Source: an uncultured virus (IMG/VR IMGVR_UViG_3300023237_000005) (Duplodnaviria > Heunggongvirae > Uroviricota > Caudoviricetes). Taken from it: DNA of 56,585 nt. Positions 45,574 to 55,879 of the stretch are shown here, one piece after another. Made by a program: the position numbers and the translations under genes. The DNA is taken from IMG/VR virus record IMGVR_UViG_3300023237_000005. One strand, given 5' to 3'. Position 1 is the first letter of the stretch, and every line of letters starts with the position of its first letter. The notes beneath the pieces were generated by a model. That model saw nothing but the letters and a program-made list of their open reading frames with translations, did no database searches and was not told the DNA's origin.

Positions 45574-46062
45574 ATGGGAACTAATTTTTACAGAGTACCA
45601 TCAGTAAAGGAGGCTGAGGCTAGGAAGGCTGAATTAATTGAAAGTGTAAATGATCTTGAGCTTACACCTTCTCAAATCATAAGTAAGTTTAAAATTACTG
45701 GAACTTCTGCCTTTGAAGAAAATAATCCATGGACAGAGTTCAACAAAGAAATGACAGTACACTTGGGTAAATGTTCAGTTGGGTGGAAATTCTTATGGAA
45801 CTTCCATGACAACGAACATTATTCATCTAAGAAAGAACTGATGAAGTTTATTAGGAGTGGGAGAATTGTTGATGAATATGGTACTGAAATGAAACCCAAT
45901 GATTTCATTAAGATGGTAGCAGAATGGTACCCAGATGGCCATGTCTTCGATAATAAATATATCCAAGCACATTACGTAAGGAGTGGGCTATCGTGGAAGT
46001 CAACAGATTATGATAGTGAACTAGATGGCTTACGAATTTCAGCAGCAACAGAATTTTCATGA
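45574..46062 (+). CDS. Phage hypothetical protein
   Basis: MGTNFY...HLGK.S.GW.F...I.DEYG...EFS pattern. Confidence 0.75.
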   Translation: MGTNFYRVPSVKEAEARKAELIESVNDLELTPSQIISKFKITGTSAFEENNPWTEFNKEMTVHLGKCSVGWKFLWNFHDNEHYSSKKELMKFIRSGRIVDEYGTEMKPNDFIKMVAEWYPDGHVFDNKYIQAHYVRSGLSWKSTDYDSELDGLRISAATEFS

Positions 46063-46268
46063 CAAATGTAAGCAATGCTATTTGTACAAAATTATGGGGT
46101 ACGGTTATTGATAAATTTATTATTAGAGTAGAAATTCAAACCTATGCATTTGTTCTTAGAGATATGACTGATTATCTTGCAGATGTTATAGATGATAGGA
46201 TACAGGCTACAATGAGTCAAATTACTAATACGGTCAAATTAGTTCAGCCTCATCTAACATTAAATTAG
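46059..46268 (+). CDS. Small hypothetical protein
   Basis: ORF overlapping upstream stop. Confidence 0.5.
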   Translation: MTNVSNAICTKLWGTVIDKFIIRVEIQTYAFVLRDMTDYLADVIDDRIQATMSQITNTVKLVQPHLTLN

Positions 46269-46339
46269 CACATTCATCATAAAGTTCAAAGGTTTGTCAT
46301 TATTTATAGTTATATTGTAATGTAATCAAACTCTAACAA

Positions 46340-46680
46340 ATGAAAGACCAGACCATCAAAAAGATTTCTGAACACATCACTACTAATGGTGGTAAAATTA
46401 CAGAGGCTGGAGAAGGTAAAATATTCACATCATTCCCATCTGGTTCTAGGATTTCTACCACTATACGAGCACGGTTCTTGGTAAAAAATGGTGGGAAGAT
46501 TGTTACTAATCATACTTTTCATGGTGCTATATTTCATCTTCATAAATTAGGTCTTATAGATCTTTATCCATTCGCATTTGAAACTTGCCCAAAGTGTAGT
46601 GGCACTGGCAATGTTGGCTATAATGTTGATGGTGGGGGTGTTGGAAGTGCAACTCGCATGGTCTAATTGAAACCAAATGA
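46340..46680 (+). CDS. Protein with C-terminal CxxCxGxG Zn finger, apparently frameshifted in a G run
   Basis: CPKCSGTG in frame; CWKCNSHG in another frame from 46639. Confidence 0.6.
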
Positions 46681-46713
46681 ATCTACAACTAAAAGAACTG
46701 AAAGAAAAGTCAA

Positions 46714-46947
46714 ATGCTGAATAAGAAACTGAAGATATTACTCAAAACAGATTATAAGAAGATAGCCAAGACTATTAAATCTATCCATGACAAAAAAGAA
46801 TGTGGGATGGGTTCTAAGATAATGCTATATCGTGCAACTACACGAATGATTACTAACTTTCAAAATAATTTGGAATTTCGATTACCATTTGGACATGATA
46901 TTTCTAAACGTGTCGATGAATTGATAGAATATAATAACGAACGATGA
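46714..46947 (+). CDS. Hypothetical protein
   Basis: ORF track. Confidence 0.55.
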   Translation: MLNKKLKILLKTDYKKIAKTIKSIHDKKECGMGSKIMLYRATTRMITNFQNNLEFRLPFGHDISKRVDELIEYNNER

Positions 46948-47522
46948 AAAAGATTATATTTTTAGATCACGATGGTGTTGTTTGTTTATATGACGAGCAG
47001 GGTGGACGAATTAAAAAATGGAAAGCTGCTGGTTTTACTAGAGGCTTGAATAATGATATTCTAAGAACTATACCAATAGAAAGTAGATTTGATGCTTTTA
47101 ATAAGAAGGCTGTAAATGTTCTTAATAGCATTATTGAAAAAACTGATGCTGAAATTGTCGTTACTTCTGATTGGAGAAAATGGGCAACACTTGAAGAAAT
47201 GCAAGAGCTATATAAGCATTATGGTGTTATTAAATCACCAATTGGATATACACCATTTGCAAAAGATCTTGATGATGGATTTGATTATGCATTCATGCCA
47301 GATCGTTACAGATTGGAAATTGCCAGATGTGCAGAAATTACTGAATGGCTTAGAATAAATAAATCAGATAAGTGGGTTGCTGTAGATGATCTTGATCTCT
47401 CTTCTGATACCTGGTCAGGATTTAAGTTCGGCCTTGATAATTTTGTAGAAACACCACGACTTCTTGAAGGCATTAAGCAATCTGGAAAAGCAGAGAGAGT
47501 AATAAAATTTCTTACAGATTAA
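46944..47522 (+). CDS. HAD domain protein (Swiss Army Knife RNA-repair type)
   Basis: IIFLDHDGV; IVVTSDWR; R..EI..W; WVAVDD. Confidence 0.85.
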   Translation: MKKIIFLDHDGVVCLYDEQGGRIKKWKAAGFTRGLNNDILRTIPIESRFDAFNKKAVNVLNSIIEKTDAEIVVTSDWRKWATLEEMQELYKHYGVIKSPIGYTPFAKDLDDGFDYAFMPDRYRLEIARCAEITEWLRINKSDKWVAVDDLDLSSDTWSGFKFGLDNFVETPRLLEGIKQSGKAERVIKFLTD

Positions 47523-47565
47523 GTAACAATACTAAAACCCATGTTATAATTAAACAAATCACAAT

Positions 47566-47946
47566 ATGAAGTATTCATCAGTAATAGCATTTCATTTAGA
47601 TAATTTTAAGACAGTCACTGAGTTGAGTGAAACTATCAAAGATGCCGGGCTTCCAGGAGACATTAACGTTCAGGAAATGTTTGACTTAAGAGAAGACGGA
47701 TTTGATATAATTTATCTGGACGTAAACACATGTAATGCGATTGCATATCATGTTAAAGGCATGCACGTAAGTAAAGTGACTATAATGCAACCGTTTAATG
47801 AACATATGACGAATATGCCATGTGTTAGTACACTTGTTAATCAGCGACCGCTTAATGTTGATGAAATCTTAGAGCAGGTATTTAGCAAAGGTAAGAAATC
47901 ACTTACTGGTAGACAGCTCACATTTCTAGATTCTCAAAGCAAGTAA
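47566..47946 (+). CDS. Hypothetical protein
   Basis: C-terminal L.VDEILE....G..SLT..Q..FL motif. Confidence 0.7.
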   Translation: MKYSSVIAFHLDNFKTVTELSETIKDAGLPGDINVQEMFDLREDGFDIIYLDVNTCNAIAYHVKGMHVSKVTIMQPFNEHMTNMPCVSTLVNQRPLNVDEILEQVFSKGKKSLTGRQLTFLDSQSK

Positions 47947-48726
47947 ATGCCTGAGTTAGCAGAACTTCGTCATACAGCTGACTATATAAATAGTGCAAGT
48001 CGGCACATCAAAAGATTTAAAAGCATTCGCAAAAATCCAAATCATAAAGGTTTGGATATTATGCCTATGACAAACGACTTTGGTATTTATGCTGAAAGTC
48101 GAGGTAAAGAATTAATGTTAACGCTTACGCATTACGATGGTAGAGTTCAAAAACTTTCAATGTCTATGGGAATGAGTGGTAATTTTGAAGCTCGTCTAAC
48201 TCCACACAAGCACGGACATTTAACCTTCGTTGGGAAAGATGAAGACCCAAGAGTGAACAAAGAACCACTATTAAGTTATGTTGATGTAAGGAGATTCGGT
48301 AAATGGAAATGGGCCGAAACTTGGGCAACTAACCGAGGTCCAGATCCTACTCAAGAATACGATAAGTTTGTTGAGAATGTAAAGAAGGCAGCTGAAGGTT
48401 ATAAGGGACTGAAGCCTATTCATTTAATGCTGTTAGATCAGAGCATCTTCTCAGGTACGGGTAATTATATGCGCTCAGAACTTATTGGCAGAATACCAAA
48501 CTTAAATCCGTTTGATGATCTAAGAAGTGCAATTAAACATCAACATTTTTTTACTTTATGCAAAACGATTCCTATCCAGGCATACTATGATAAATCTAAC
48601 CTTATAAGATTCTATTACAGCACAGCCCAATGTTATGCTATAGTAGATAAAAAGAAAAGAAGATTTTGGTATCCTAAAAAATGGAAGACTGCTGCTATAG
48701 CACAGTATGGTAAATATCAAGGTTAA
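47947..48726 (+). CDS. Fpg/Nei family DNA glycosylase (no C4 Zn finger seen)
   Basis: MPE N-terminus; RGKEL; MGMSG; D.RRFG; LLDQ..FSG.GNY H2TH. Confidence 0.92.
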   Translation: MPELAELRHTADYINSASRHIKRFKSIRKNPNHKGLDIMPMTNDFGIYAESRGKELMLTLTHYDGRVQKLSMSMGMSGNFEARLTPHKHGHLTFVGKDEDPRVNKEPLLSYVDVRRFGKWKWAETWATNRGPDPTQEYDKFVENVKKAAEGYKGLKPIHLMLLDQSIFSGTGNYMRSELIGRIPNLNPFDDLRSAIKHQHFFTLCKTIPIQAYYDKSNLIRFYYSTAQCYAIVDKKKRRFWYPKKWKTAAIAQYGKYQG

Positions 48727-48832
48727 GGTTCCAAAACTTTAACTTTTTGCTATTAATAATTATAAGAGACAGAATATTAATGAAGTACATCACTCAACAC
48801 TTACTACACCAAATGTAGATTATTTTATCATT

Positions 48833-49021
48833 ATGAAACCAAATAAGAATAAGATAACATACGATTACTATCATGATCAAGCAGAGTTCTACAAAGAGCT
48901 GGGTAGACAAAAACCACCGTATTCTTCAAATGAAATTGATGCTAGTACTATTAGTGGCGAATTAAAAATAAACCAAGAAGTAAAGGCTAGAGATAAGCGC
49001 ATTCTTCTAAGCATTGTATAA
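48833..49021 (+). CDS. Hypothetical protein
   Basis: ORF track. Confidence 0.5.
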   Translation: MKPNKNKITYDYYHDQAEFYKELGRQKPPYSSNEIDASTISGELKINQEVKARDKRILLSIV

Positions 49022-49211
49022 GATGAAGCCAAGATATAGAGATTACGAGGATTGGAAAGAGTTCGGAGATGATTATGATGATAATTGGAGTGGTCAAAAA
49101 GACAAATTTAAGAAGAGAAGCTCCGACGATGATTGGGATGAAGAAGATCCAATTAAAGATGATGGTAAGTCTGAATCTGATTGTAGACTTCTATTAGCTA
49201 ACGGCTCATGA
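49014..49211 (+). CDS. Acidic hypothetical protein
   Basis: ORF track. Confidence 0.5.
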   Translation: MYKMKPRYRDYEDWKEFGDDYDDNWSGQKDKFKKRSSDDDWDEEDPIKDDGKSESDCRLLLANGS

Positions 49212-49311
49212 CAAACGTTCACATTAGTCAAATATTTAATGAGCTCTTTGTTCCTCTAGCAAAAACAATGAAGAAGGCTAAGAATAACGACAATCGAATA
49301 CTCTTAACGTA

Positions 49312-49632
49312 ATGGCTGTAGATATAAAGATAGCAGAAGAATTAAGTAAGGAGATAGTTACTTCATTACGAAGTGAAGATCGACTTGAACTTAACATTTT
49401 AAATTGGGCACTACTTGAGACAATACTTATTCTCAAAGTTCAGGAGATGGGGTTGTTAGATGCTTTAGATCGTGATAAGTTAGGTGAAGTAATTTGGAAT
49501 ACACTTAATCATATCTTAGGCATTGAGAATGGAGATTATTTAGACAAACAGCTTATAGGCTTATTAGATAAGAGCCTCATACAATTAGTAATAACACAAA
49601 AAGGAAAATTAGCGTACGTATGGAAATTTTAA
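49312..49632 (+). CDS. Hypothetical protein
   Basis: ORF track. Confidence 0.6.
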   Translation: MAVDIKIAEELSKEIVTSLRSEDRLELNILNWALLETILILKVQEMGLLDALDRDKLGEVIWNTLNHILGIENGDYLDKQLIGLLDKSLIQLVITQKGKLAYVWKF

Positions 49633-49808
49633 TGATCATATTATACATCGTCGGATATCTTGTAGCTGGTTTGCTATGGCTTTTACTCGATGCACAAGTC
49701 TTACATAGTATGTACGGAGATATTGTCAAAACTGTTGCATCAATAATGCTTTGGCCGTTGGTGATAACTATTCGTATATATTTTTATGTTGAGCAACGCT
49801 GGCTTTAA
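49620..49808 (+). CDS. Small membrane protein
   Basis: Two hydrophobic helices, LWP motif. Confidence 0.6.
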   Translation: MEILMIILYIVGYLVAGLLWLLLDAQVLHSMYGDIVKTVASIMLWPLVITIRIYFYVEQRWL

Positions 49809-49855
49809 CATTCTTAAACTTTAGTTTCTTTAGGTCATATAAAAAATAAACTAAT

Positions 49856-50512
49856 ATGGCTAAGAAGAAAACTAAAAAGCAAGAAGAAACGGAGATCATC
49901 ATTGTACTCGACAGAAGTGGGTCAATGTCATCTATTGGACAAGCAACAGTGGACGGATTTAATGAATTTTTACTTGAGCAGAAGGGTGCAAAAGGAAAAG
50001 CATTCGTAACACTCGTACAATTTGATGATCGATACCAAGTTGATTATAAAAACGTACCAGTAAAAAATGTAGAAGATCTTATCTATCGTGAAACGTTTTT
50101 ACCAAGAGGTATGACAGCACTACATGATGCAATTGGGAAGACTATCTTAGATGTTGATACCAAACGCGATGTAGTATTTGTAATTATTACAGATGGTCAT
50201 GAGAATGCAAGTAAGGAATTCAATAACGAGAAAGTTCTTGAATTAATTAACGGTAAGACAACTGAAGGCTGGAACTTCATATACCTTGGGGCTAATCAAG
50301 ACGCAATTAAAGCTGGACAAAACATTGGCATTAAAGCTGGTAATTCATTGACTTACGGTGCAACTCTTAAAGGTACAACTCAAGCATTCCAATCTATGTC
50401 GTATAATACAAGTCACTACAGGGATGCTAAATTGACAATGTCAATGGAAGATGCAAAAGTATCTCTAGACTTCGCTCCAGACCAACGTGAAAAAGCAGAT
50501 GAAAAGAAATAG
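49856..50512 (+). CDS. von Willebrand factor A domain protein
   Basis: LDRSGSM MIDAS; G.TALHDAIG; IITDG.EN.S; F.YLGAN. Confidence 0.92.
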   Translation: MAKKKTKKQEETEIIIVLDRSGSMSSIGQATVDGFNEFLLEQKGAKGKAFVTLVQFDDRYQVDYKNVPVKNVEDLIYRETFLPRGMTALHDAIGKTILDVDTKRDVVFVIITDGHENASKEFNNEKVLELINGKTTEGWNFIYLGANQDAIKAGQNIGIKAGNSLTYGATLKGTTQAFQSMSYNTSHYRDAKLTMSMEDAKVSLDFAPDQREKADEKK

Positions 50513-50816
50513 TACATATATCTTTAACAGAGAATCTCGGATCATTTCCCAAAGGGAGGTTGTTCGTATTAACTCTGCATTAGGTGGTCCTGAAATAGAA
50601 CTTGTCGTTTTTGAAGTAATCTTTAGATATATTGGCTATCAGCATCGTATGAAAGTAAAATTTGAGTATGATGCTCGTTGGAGGGTTGTTGGAAATGATA
50701 AATGGAATTATAGATCTATTCATTATTCACAAAGAGCAGCTCTTAAAGAAATATTGCTACTTAAAGAAAATGCAGAAGGCTTAACTTTTAAAGTTAAAGA
50801 AAATGTCACAGCCTAA
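50487..50816 (+). CDS. Hypothetical protein
   Basis: ORF track. Confidence 0.55.
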   Translation: MKKQMKRNSTYIFNRESRIISQREVVRINSALGGPEIELVVFEVIFRYIGYQHRMKVKFEYDARWRVVGNDKWNYRSIHYSQRAALKEILLLKENAEGLTFKVKENVTA

Positions 50817-51078
50817 ATATACTGTTGAGCAATTAGAAACAGCATACAAGAATTACGGAGATTCTCACTGGATTGCCCCAGAAAATCCTGATAGTTTATT
50901 ATTAGGACCTACGATGTGGGGTTTTATAGTGAAAACAATAGTCAAGACCCGCATTACTATATCTCAGTTAATAGAGATAGACCTGAAACTGATGAGGAGT
51001 TCGAGAAAAGAAAGGTTAGTCGTGAAGAGGCGAAAGTTAGAAATCAAACAAAACGGAAAGAGCTTTACTTGGAGTTGA
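50803..51078 (+). CDS. Hypothetical protein
   Basis: ORF track. Confidence 0.5.
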   Translation: MSQPKYTVEQLETAYKNYGDSHWIAPENPDSLLLGPTMWGFIVKTIVKTRITISQLIEIDLKLMRSSRKERLVVKRRKLEIKQNGKSFTWS

Positions 51079-51110
51079 AAGAAGAATTTGGGTAATATAA
51101 AACAAAGAAA

Positions 51111-51335
51111 ATGAAAGCAATATTAGAGTTTGATTTAGACAACGAGGATGATAGAGTGGAGCATTTGAGATGCGTGAGTGCAACAAACATGGCCTCATTC
51201 ATTTGGGAATTGAAGCATAACTTCTGGAGACAATGGAAGCACGATGATGCTGACTTTAACTTAGACACATACAAAGAAGCATTGTATGAGCTGATGCAAG
51301 ACCACTCTATCAACATAGATGATTTAATAGAATGA
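51111..51335 (+). CDS. Phage hypothetical protein
   Basis: MKAILEFDL..EDD pattern. Confidence 0.7.
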   Translation: MKAILEFDLDNEDDRVEHLRCVSATNMASFIWELKHNFWRQWKHDDADFNLDTYKEALYELMQDHSINIDDLIE

Positions 51336-51613
51336 GTCGTCTTCATGACCACATTTAGTTTGCAGGAGAAGGACATATGATCGAACGTGGATTTGCTATA
51401 ACTCGACAAGAAGGCCAAACCAAAGTTATTACAAAGCTTAACGATATAATCAACGAAGCATTTAAGCAAGTAAATTAAGAAATAGAAATCTCATAGCTCT
51501 AACATTATATTAGTTCAAACAATGAAAAACCTTGTTATTAATATAACCAGAAGCATTAGCAAATACATCATAATATAATGAAAGCATTAGACTTATTAAT
51601 ATATTAAAACAGA

Positions 51614-52546
51614 ATGAGCGAAGTTAGATTTGGGTACTGCTGTATAAACTTGGAATTATCTGAAAAAAGAATAATGACTAATCGAACAATGATCAAAAAG
51701 ACTTTTACTAGTAAAGGAAAGGTTTATGCGTCAGAATTAGCCTTGAAAAATGTAAAGGATCTTGTTACTATTTGCGAGTGGAATGTTAAAAATAATATGA
51801 CGCTGTATCGGATGAGCTCTTCTATATTTCCATGGATGAGCGAATATGAATTAACTGATTTAGTAGATATAAAGGAAATTGGCGAAATCCTACTAGAATT
51901 AGGAGTCTATATTAAAAAGAACGGTCTGCGTGTTAGTTTTCACCCAGGGCCTTATAATGTGTTAGGATCTCCAAGAGCAGAAGTTGTTGAGAAAACTCTC
52001 AAAGAGCTTAATCAGCATGCTGAGATTATGGATATGATGGGACTAGACGAAAGTCGACAATACCCAATTAACATACACTGTAACGGGGCATACGGAGATA
52101 AGACCTCTACTTTAATTAGATGGTGTAACGAGTTTAGTAAGCTCTCTTCGGCGGCTAAAAATAGATTAGTAATTGAAAACGACGATAGGGCCAGCTTGTA
52201 TTCTGTTTTGGATTTGTCAGAAGGAATTTCTAAAAAAGTAGGAGTTCCCGTCACTTTCGATTATCATCATCATGGATTTAATACAGGAGGTCAAACTGAA
52301 GAAGAGTCATTTAAGCTTGCTTATTCTACTTGGCCATATGGAATAACACCGCTTTTCCATTATTCCTCGTCGAAGAAATTACATGAAGATAGCAGCGTAA
52401 AAGAACAAGCACATTCAGATTATATTTATGAGAACATAATGACTTATGGAATGGATATTGACATTGATATCGAAGCAAAGAAAAAAGAAAAAGCAGTTCA
52501 ACAATATTTAAAAATGTTTGTAAATGAAAGTGTCGCGCAAGTTTGA
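51614..52546 (+). CDS. uvsE: UV damage endonuclease
   Basis: GYCCIN; YRMSS..FPW; R.SFHPG; NIH; L.IENDD; FDYHHH; HYS; AHSD; EAK.KE. Confidence 0.95.
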   Translation: MSEVRFGYCCINLELSEKRIMTNRTMIKKTFTSKGKVYASELALKNVKDLVTICEWNVKNNMTLYRMSSSIFPWMSEYELTDLVDIKEIGEILLELGVYIKKNGLRVSFHPGPYNVLGSPRAEVVEKTLKELNQHAEIMDMMGLDESRQYPINIHCNGAYGDKTSTLIRWCNEFSKLSSAAKNRLVIENDDRASLYSVLDLSEGISKKVGVPVTFDYHHHGFNTGGQTEEESFKLAYSTWPYGITPLFHYSSSKKLHEDSSVKEQAHSDYIYENIMTYGMDIDIDIEAKKKEKAVQQYLKMFVNESVAQV

Positions 52547-52757
52547 TAAAGCTGAAGTAATTATTAATGTTACTGATATAGCTGGAATAGCTGGAACAAC
52601 TCAAAAAATTCTAAACCGTGCATTTAAAACTTCAAAATTTAAAGGCGGTTCAGACATTGAATATTCTTCTAATAAGAAGAAAAAATCAATAGTTGAGGGA
52701 ATGCAAAGTGTTAGTAGAGTACTTCGTGAAGATCTCAGAGTATTGCTAATGCTATGA
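52524..52757 (+). CDS. Hypothetical protein
   Basis: ORF track. Confidence 0.5.
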   Translation: MKVSRKFDKAEVIINVTDIAGIAGTTQKILNRAFKTSKFKGGSDIEYSSNKKKKSIVEGMQSVSRVLREDLRVLLML

Positions 52758-52954
52758 TGACTAGGGACAAAATTGTTATAGATGTTTATACATTGATGCA
52801 ACTTATCGATAAACATTTACTTTTACATTTCACTAAGTACTGTGCAAATAGAGTTAATGCTTTAGGATGTGACGACATTGACGATATGTCTGTACAAATG
52901 ATAGCAATTATTGGACAAGAAACAAAATTTGACTTTTTAGGAATGAAACGATAA
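52754..52954 (+). CDS. Hypothetical protein
   Basis: ORF track. Confidence 0.5.
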   Translation: MMTRDKIVIDVYTLMQLIDKHLLLHFTKYCANRVNALGCDDIDDMSVQMIAIIGQETKFDFLGMKR

Positions 52955-53118
52955 GTATGGCTTTGTTTTGGATCTTCTACGATAGGCAATACCACCAATA
53001 CACCACATTAAACTCGGTGATACTAAAGCTATCATGAACACGGTCACTCACGATATTGAATCTATAACTTACATTGATACAGATAATGCCAAGTATAGTT
53101 CATTTGGCTTAGTTCGTC

Positions 53119-53304
53119 ATGACTGATACTACTCAAGCCAAGATTTTTCATAATCTTAACGATGCTCTTACTAGAATAGAAAATATCTTACAGGTTGGTG
53201 TAGCTCAGGCAACTGATGGGAAACTTCTATTTAGAATACTCGTCCCAATTCAAATAGCAGAAATTGCTAAATATTCTTACTGTATAAAAGTTAACAGACG
53301 TTAA
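53119..53304 (+). CDS. Hypothetical protein
   Basis: ORF track. Confidence 0.45.
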   Translation: MTDTTQAKIFHNLNDALTRIENILQVGVAQATDGKLLFRILVPIQIAEIAKYSYCIKVNRR

Positions 53305-53374
53305 AACTATACTTAATTTTTACATATTATAATAAAGGTGCAGATTCATAAGGCTGCACTTTTATTATGTTAAC

Positions 53375-55135
53375 ATGACCGAATTTAGACCCTCACAACA
53401 GAAAGCAATCATTCAAGTCCTTAAGGCTATTAAAGCTGGTAAGACTGACATATTGCTCCAAGCACCTACAGGAACAGGAAAATCTCTAATAGCAATGGAA
53501 CTTGCTAAAATTCTATACGATAGAAAGGGATGGAAAAGTTTTATACTTACTTCAGAAAAACTACTCCAACAGCAATACGAAAGAGATAGTCAAGAGAAGT
53601 ATGACAAAAGATATAAAAATTTAGTTTCTATAAGTGGCATTGATAATTATGAATGTCATATTAACGAAGAGAAATTTTCATTGGGTCATTGTAGATCAAT
53701 GGGAATGTCTAATCGTAAAGCATTAGATTTACCATGTGCAGCTACTTGTGAATATTTGCAAAAATGGTCTGGTGCACAAGAATCTTCTACATCAGTATTC
53801 AACTATTCGTATTACTTACTCCAGATGAACTATGTTCTTAAGAAGATGGGTGAATATGCACCTTTCAAACAGAGAGAGGTTGTATTCTGCGATGAAGCAC
53901 ATTCATTGCCTGATGTCATTGAAAATCACTTTGCTTGTTTTGCTGACCGTGCTATTTCTTATAAGATAAGAGAAGCTCAAGCATTCCTTCAAACTGAGGG
54001 TATAGCAACCCAATTCAACAGCATACCTACTTCTCCGTATAATCTACAGATCAACAAAATCTTTGGGCTTAGTATAGGAGATAACGAAAGCCACTTAAGA
54101 GAACTTGTCACTCTTCATAAATCAGTAAGATCTATGATGAACATGGCTAACGATGCTAAAAAGGATTTAGCGGAAAGATTCAAAGTAAAACTTCCAGATG
54201 GGAATGACGATAATTCGTACATCAAAGCAAGTAAAGAAGCTATGGGCGGTGTACCTAAATCTGTACTACAACTTTTCAGCGTGGCAGATGAACTTAAAGA
54301 CTATGACTGTAAGCTTGAAGATTATATTTTAATCATTCAAAAACAAGGTACATATAACATGGTCGTTGAGTCAACTGAAACTCGTCGGGTATATCATAAT
54401 CTATCTGATCATAAATTATTTGAACATCACTTTCAGCCTTTCTCTCAGATTAGAATCTATATGTCTGCAACTTTACAAGCAGAGAATCTTATAGAACGAT
54501 GGAATCTTGATCCTGATGATCTTGAAGTGATTACCCTAAGCAGTGGATGGGATCCAGGAAATAGTCCAGTTGTTTTACGCAATGCTGCGAATTTTAGTTA
54601 TTGGAATAAAGATGAAGCACTTGAAGCAGCAGTAAGTGACGTAGATGCAATTCTTGATAAGCATCCAGGGGAACGTGGTATAATTCATACTACTACTTAC
54701 GCTATAACTGAAGCACTTATTGAAAGATGTAAGAACAGAGGTAGGCTGATAGATTACCAAGGAACTAAAGAGAAGATGCAGATTTTAGAAGATCTTGTTT
54801 CGTTTCCTAATGATGGTGTTCTTATAGGACCTTCACTTACACAGGGTGTCGATTTACCTGATGATCTGGCTCGGTTTAATATAATTGTCAAGTTAAGCTA
54901 TCCTGACGTATCATCTAAACTTTGGTCTGCTAGGTTGAAAGTAAAAAAGAACATATATCTCGCAGAAACTGCAAACAGACTTGAGCAATCATCTGGTAGG
55001 TCAACCCGACATAGTGAAGATAAATCAACTACTTATGTATTAGATAGTCGAGCACAGCGCTTTATATTTTTACCAGGAACCAAGAAATTTTTCTCTGATG
55101 AGTTCCTCCACCGCGTCATCGCAGGAGAACAATAA
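53375..55135 (+). CDS. DinG/XPD-like SF2 helicase with putative Fe-S cluster
   Basis: Q motif, APTGTGKS, four Cys, DEAH, MSATL, GVDLP, Q..GR..R. Confidence 0.92.
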   Translation: MTEFRPSQQKAIIQVLKAIKAGKTDILLQAPTGTGKSLIAMELAKILYDRKGWKSFILTSEKLLQQQYERDSQEKYDKRYKNLVSISGIDNYECHINEEKFSLGHCRSMGMSNRKALDLPCAATCEYLQKWSGAQESSTSVFNYSYYLLQMNYVLKKMGEYAPFKQREVVFCDEAHSLPDVIENHFACFADRAISYKIREAQAFLQTEGIATQFNSIPTSPYNLQINKIFGLSIGDNESHLRELVTLHKSVRSMMNMANDAKKDLAERFKVKLPDGNDDNSYIKASKEAMGGVPKSVLQLFSVADELKDYDCKLEDYILIIQKQGTYNMVVESTETRRVYHNLSDHKLFEHHFQPFSQIRIYMSATLQAENLIERWNLDPDDLEVITLSSGWDPGNSPVVLRNAANFSYWNKDEALEAAVSDVDAILDKHPGERGIIHTTTYAITEALIERCKNRGRLIDYQGTKEKMQILEDLVSFPNDGVLIGPSLTQGVDLPDDLARFNIIVKLSYPDVSSKLWSARLKVKKNIYLAETANRLEQSSGRSTRHSEDKSTTYVLDSRAQRFIFLPGTKKFFSDEFLHRVIAGEQ

Positions 55136-55197
55136 CAGTTTCAAGATTAGTATAACTTTGTTAATATGAAATTGAACAACAAAATTAAACATATAAC

Positions 55198-55386
55198 ATG
55201 AAACTAGTATATACAGCAATCATTATCGGAATCAGTCTTTCAGTTTTGTACGTAATTTTTAAAGACTTCGCATTCAGTTCACTTTCTTGGAGAAAGAAGG
55301 AACAAGACATGAAGATAGAAGACGAAGAATACAAAAAGGAACAAGACATGAAGATAGAAGACGAAGAATACAAAACTAACAAATAA
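55198..55386 (+). CDS. Small membrane-anchored protein with internal duplication
   Basis: N-terminal TM; KEQDMKIEDEEYK x2. Confidence 0.55.
   Translation: MKLVYTAIIIGISLSVLYVIFKDFAFSSLSWRKKEQDMKIEDEEYKKEQDMKIEDEEYKTNK
55297..55374 (+). repeat. Perfect 39-bp tandem duplication
   Basis: aaggaacaagacatgaagatagaagacgaagaatacaaa x2. Confidence 0.95.
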
Positions 55387-55879
55387 TATTTAGAAAGAAA
55401 TGATTTAACCATATTGCTTGTGTTTGGATTGGAACGGCAATTATCCTATTCATCCCTCGCTTTAGAATGCCAGTCTATAAATTCTTTAAAAATACTGCCG
55501 ATGTTGATATATTCAGCCCATATTCGGAACTACTCAATATGCTAATTGTAAATGAGTTAAAAGCACACAATGATACGATGAAGTTTAGTGCAGTTTTCAT
55601 AAGTGCAATGCTGATGAACTTAATGTTCTTACTTCTAACGACTTGGCTATGGCACTAATTTTAATATGGCTAATTGGAACTGGACTTTTATACAAATTTT
55701 AAACTCAAAAGAAGAAACGAATGGGTGATTTTTACGGATTTATTTGCATAGTATTTTATGACCATGGGAGAAGAAAGATAAGAAACTATCGTGAAAAGTA
55801 TTCTTAGATTCTTTATAAGTATTGCCGTAACTATCTGGTACATATTTTATTCAGATAGACAGAGAGAAGAAGAAGATAT

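Noticed and set aside
44903..46268. Paralogous family of ~65-aa ORFs
   Set aside because: Similar size and composition, but I could not align them convincingly by eye.
55297..55374. 39-bp duplication as a functional element
   Set aside because: Simple in-frame tandem duplication in a small ORF; may also be an assembly artefact.
79..55412. Minus-strand and nested alternate-frame ORFs in the ORF track
   Set aside because: They overlap well-supported + strand genes or RNA genes (e.g. 2934..3119, 8497..8763, 7666..7929) and show no recognisable motifs.
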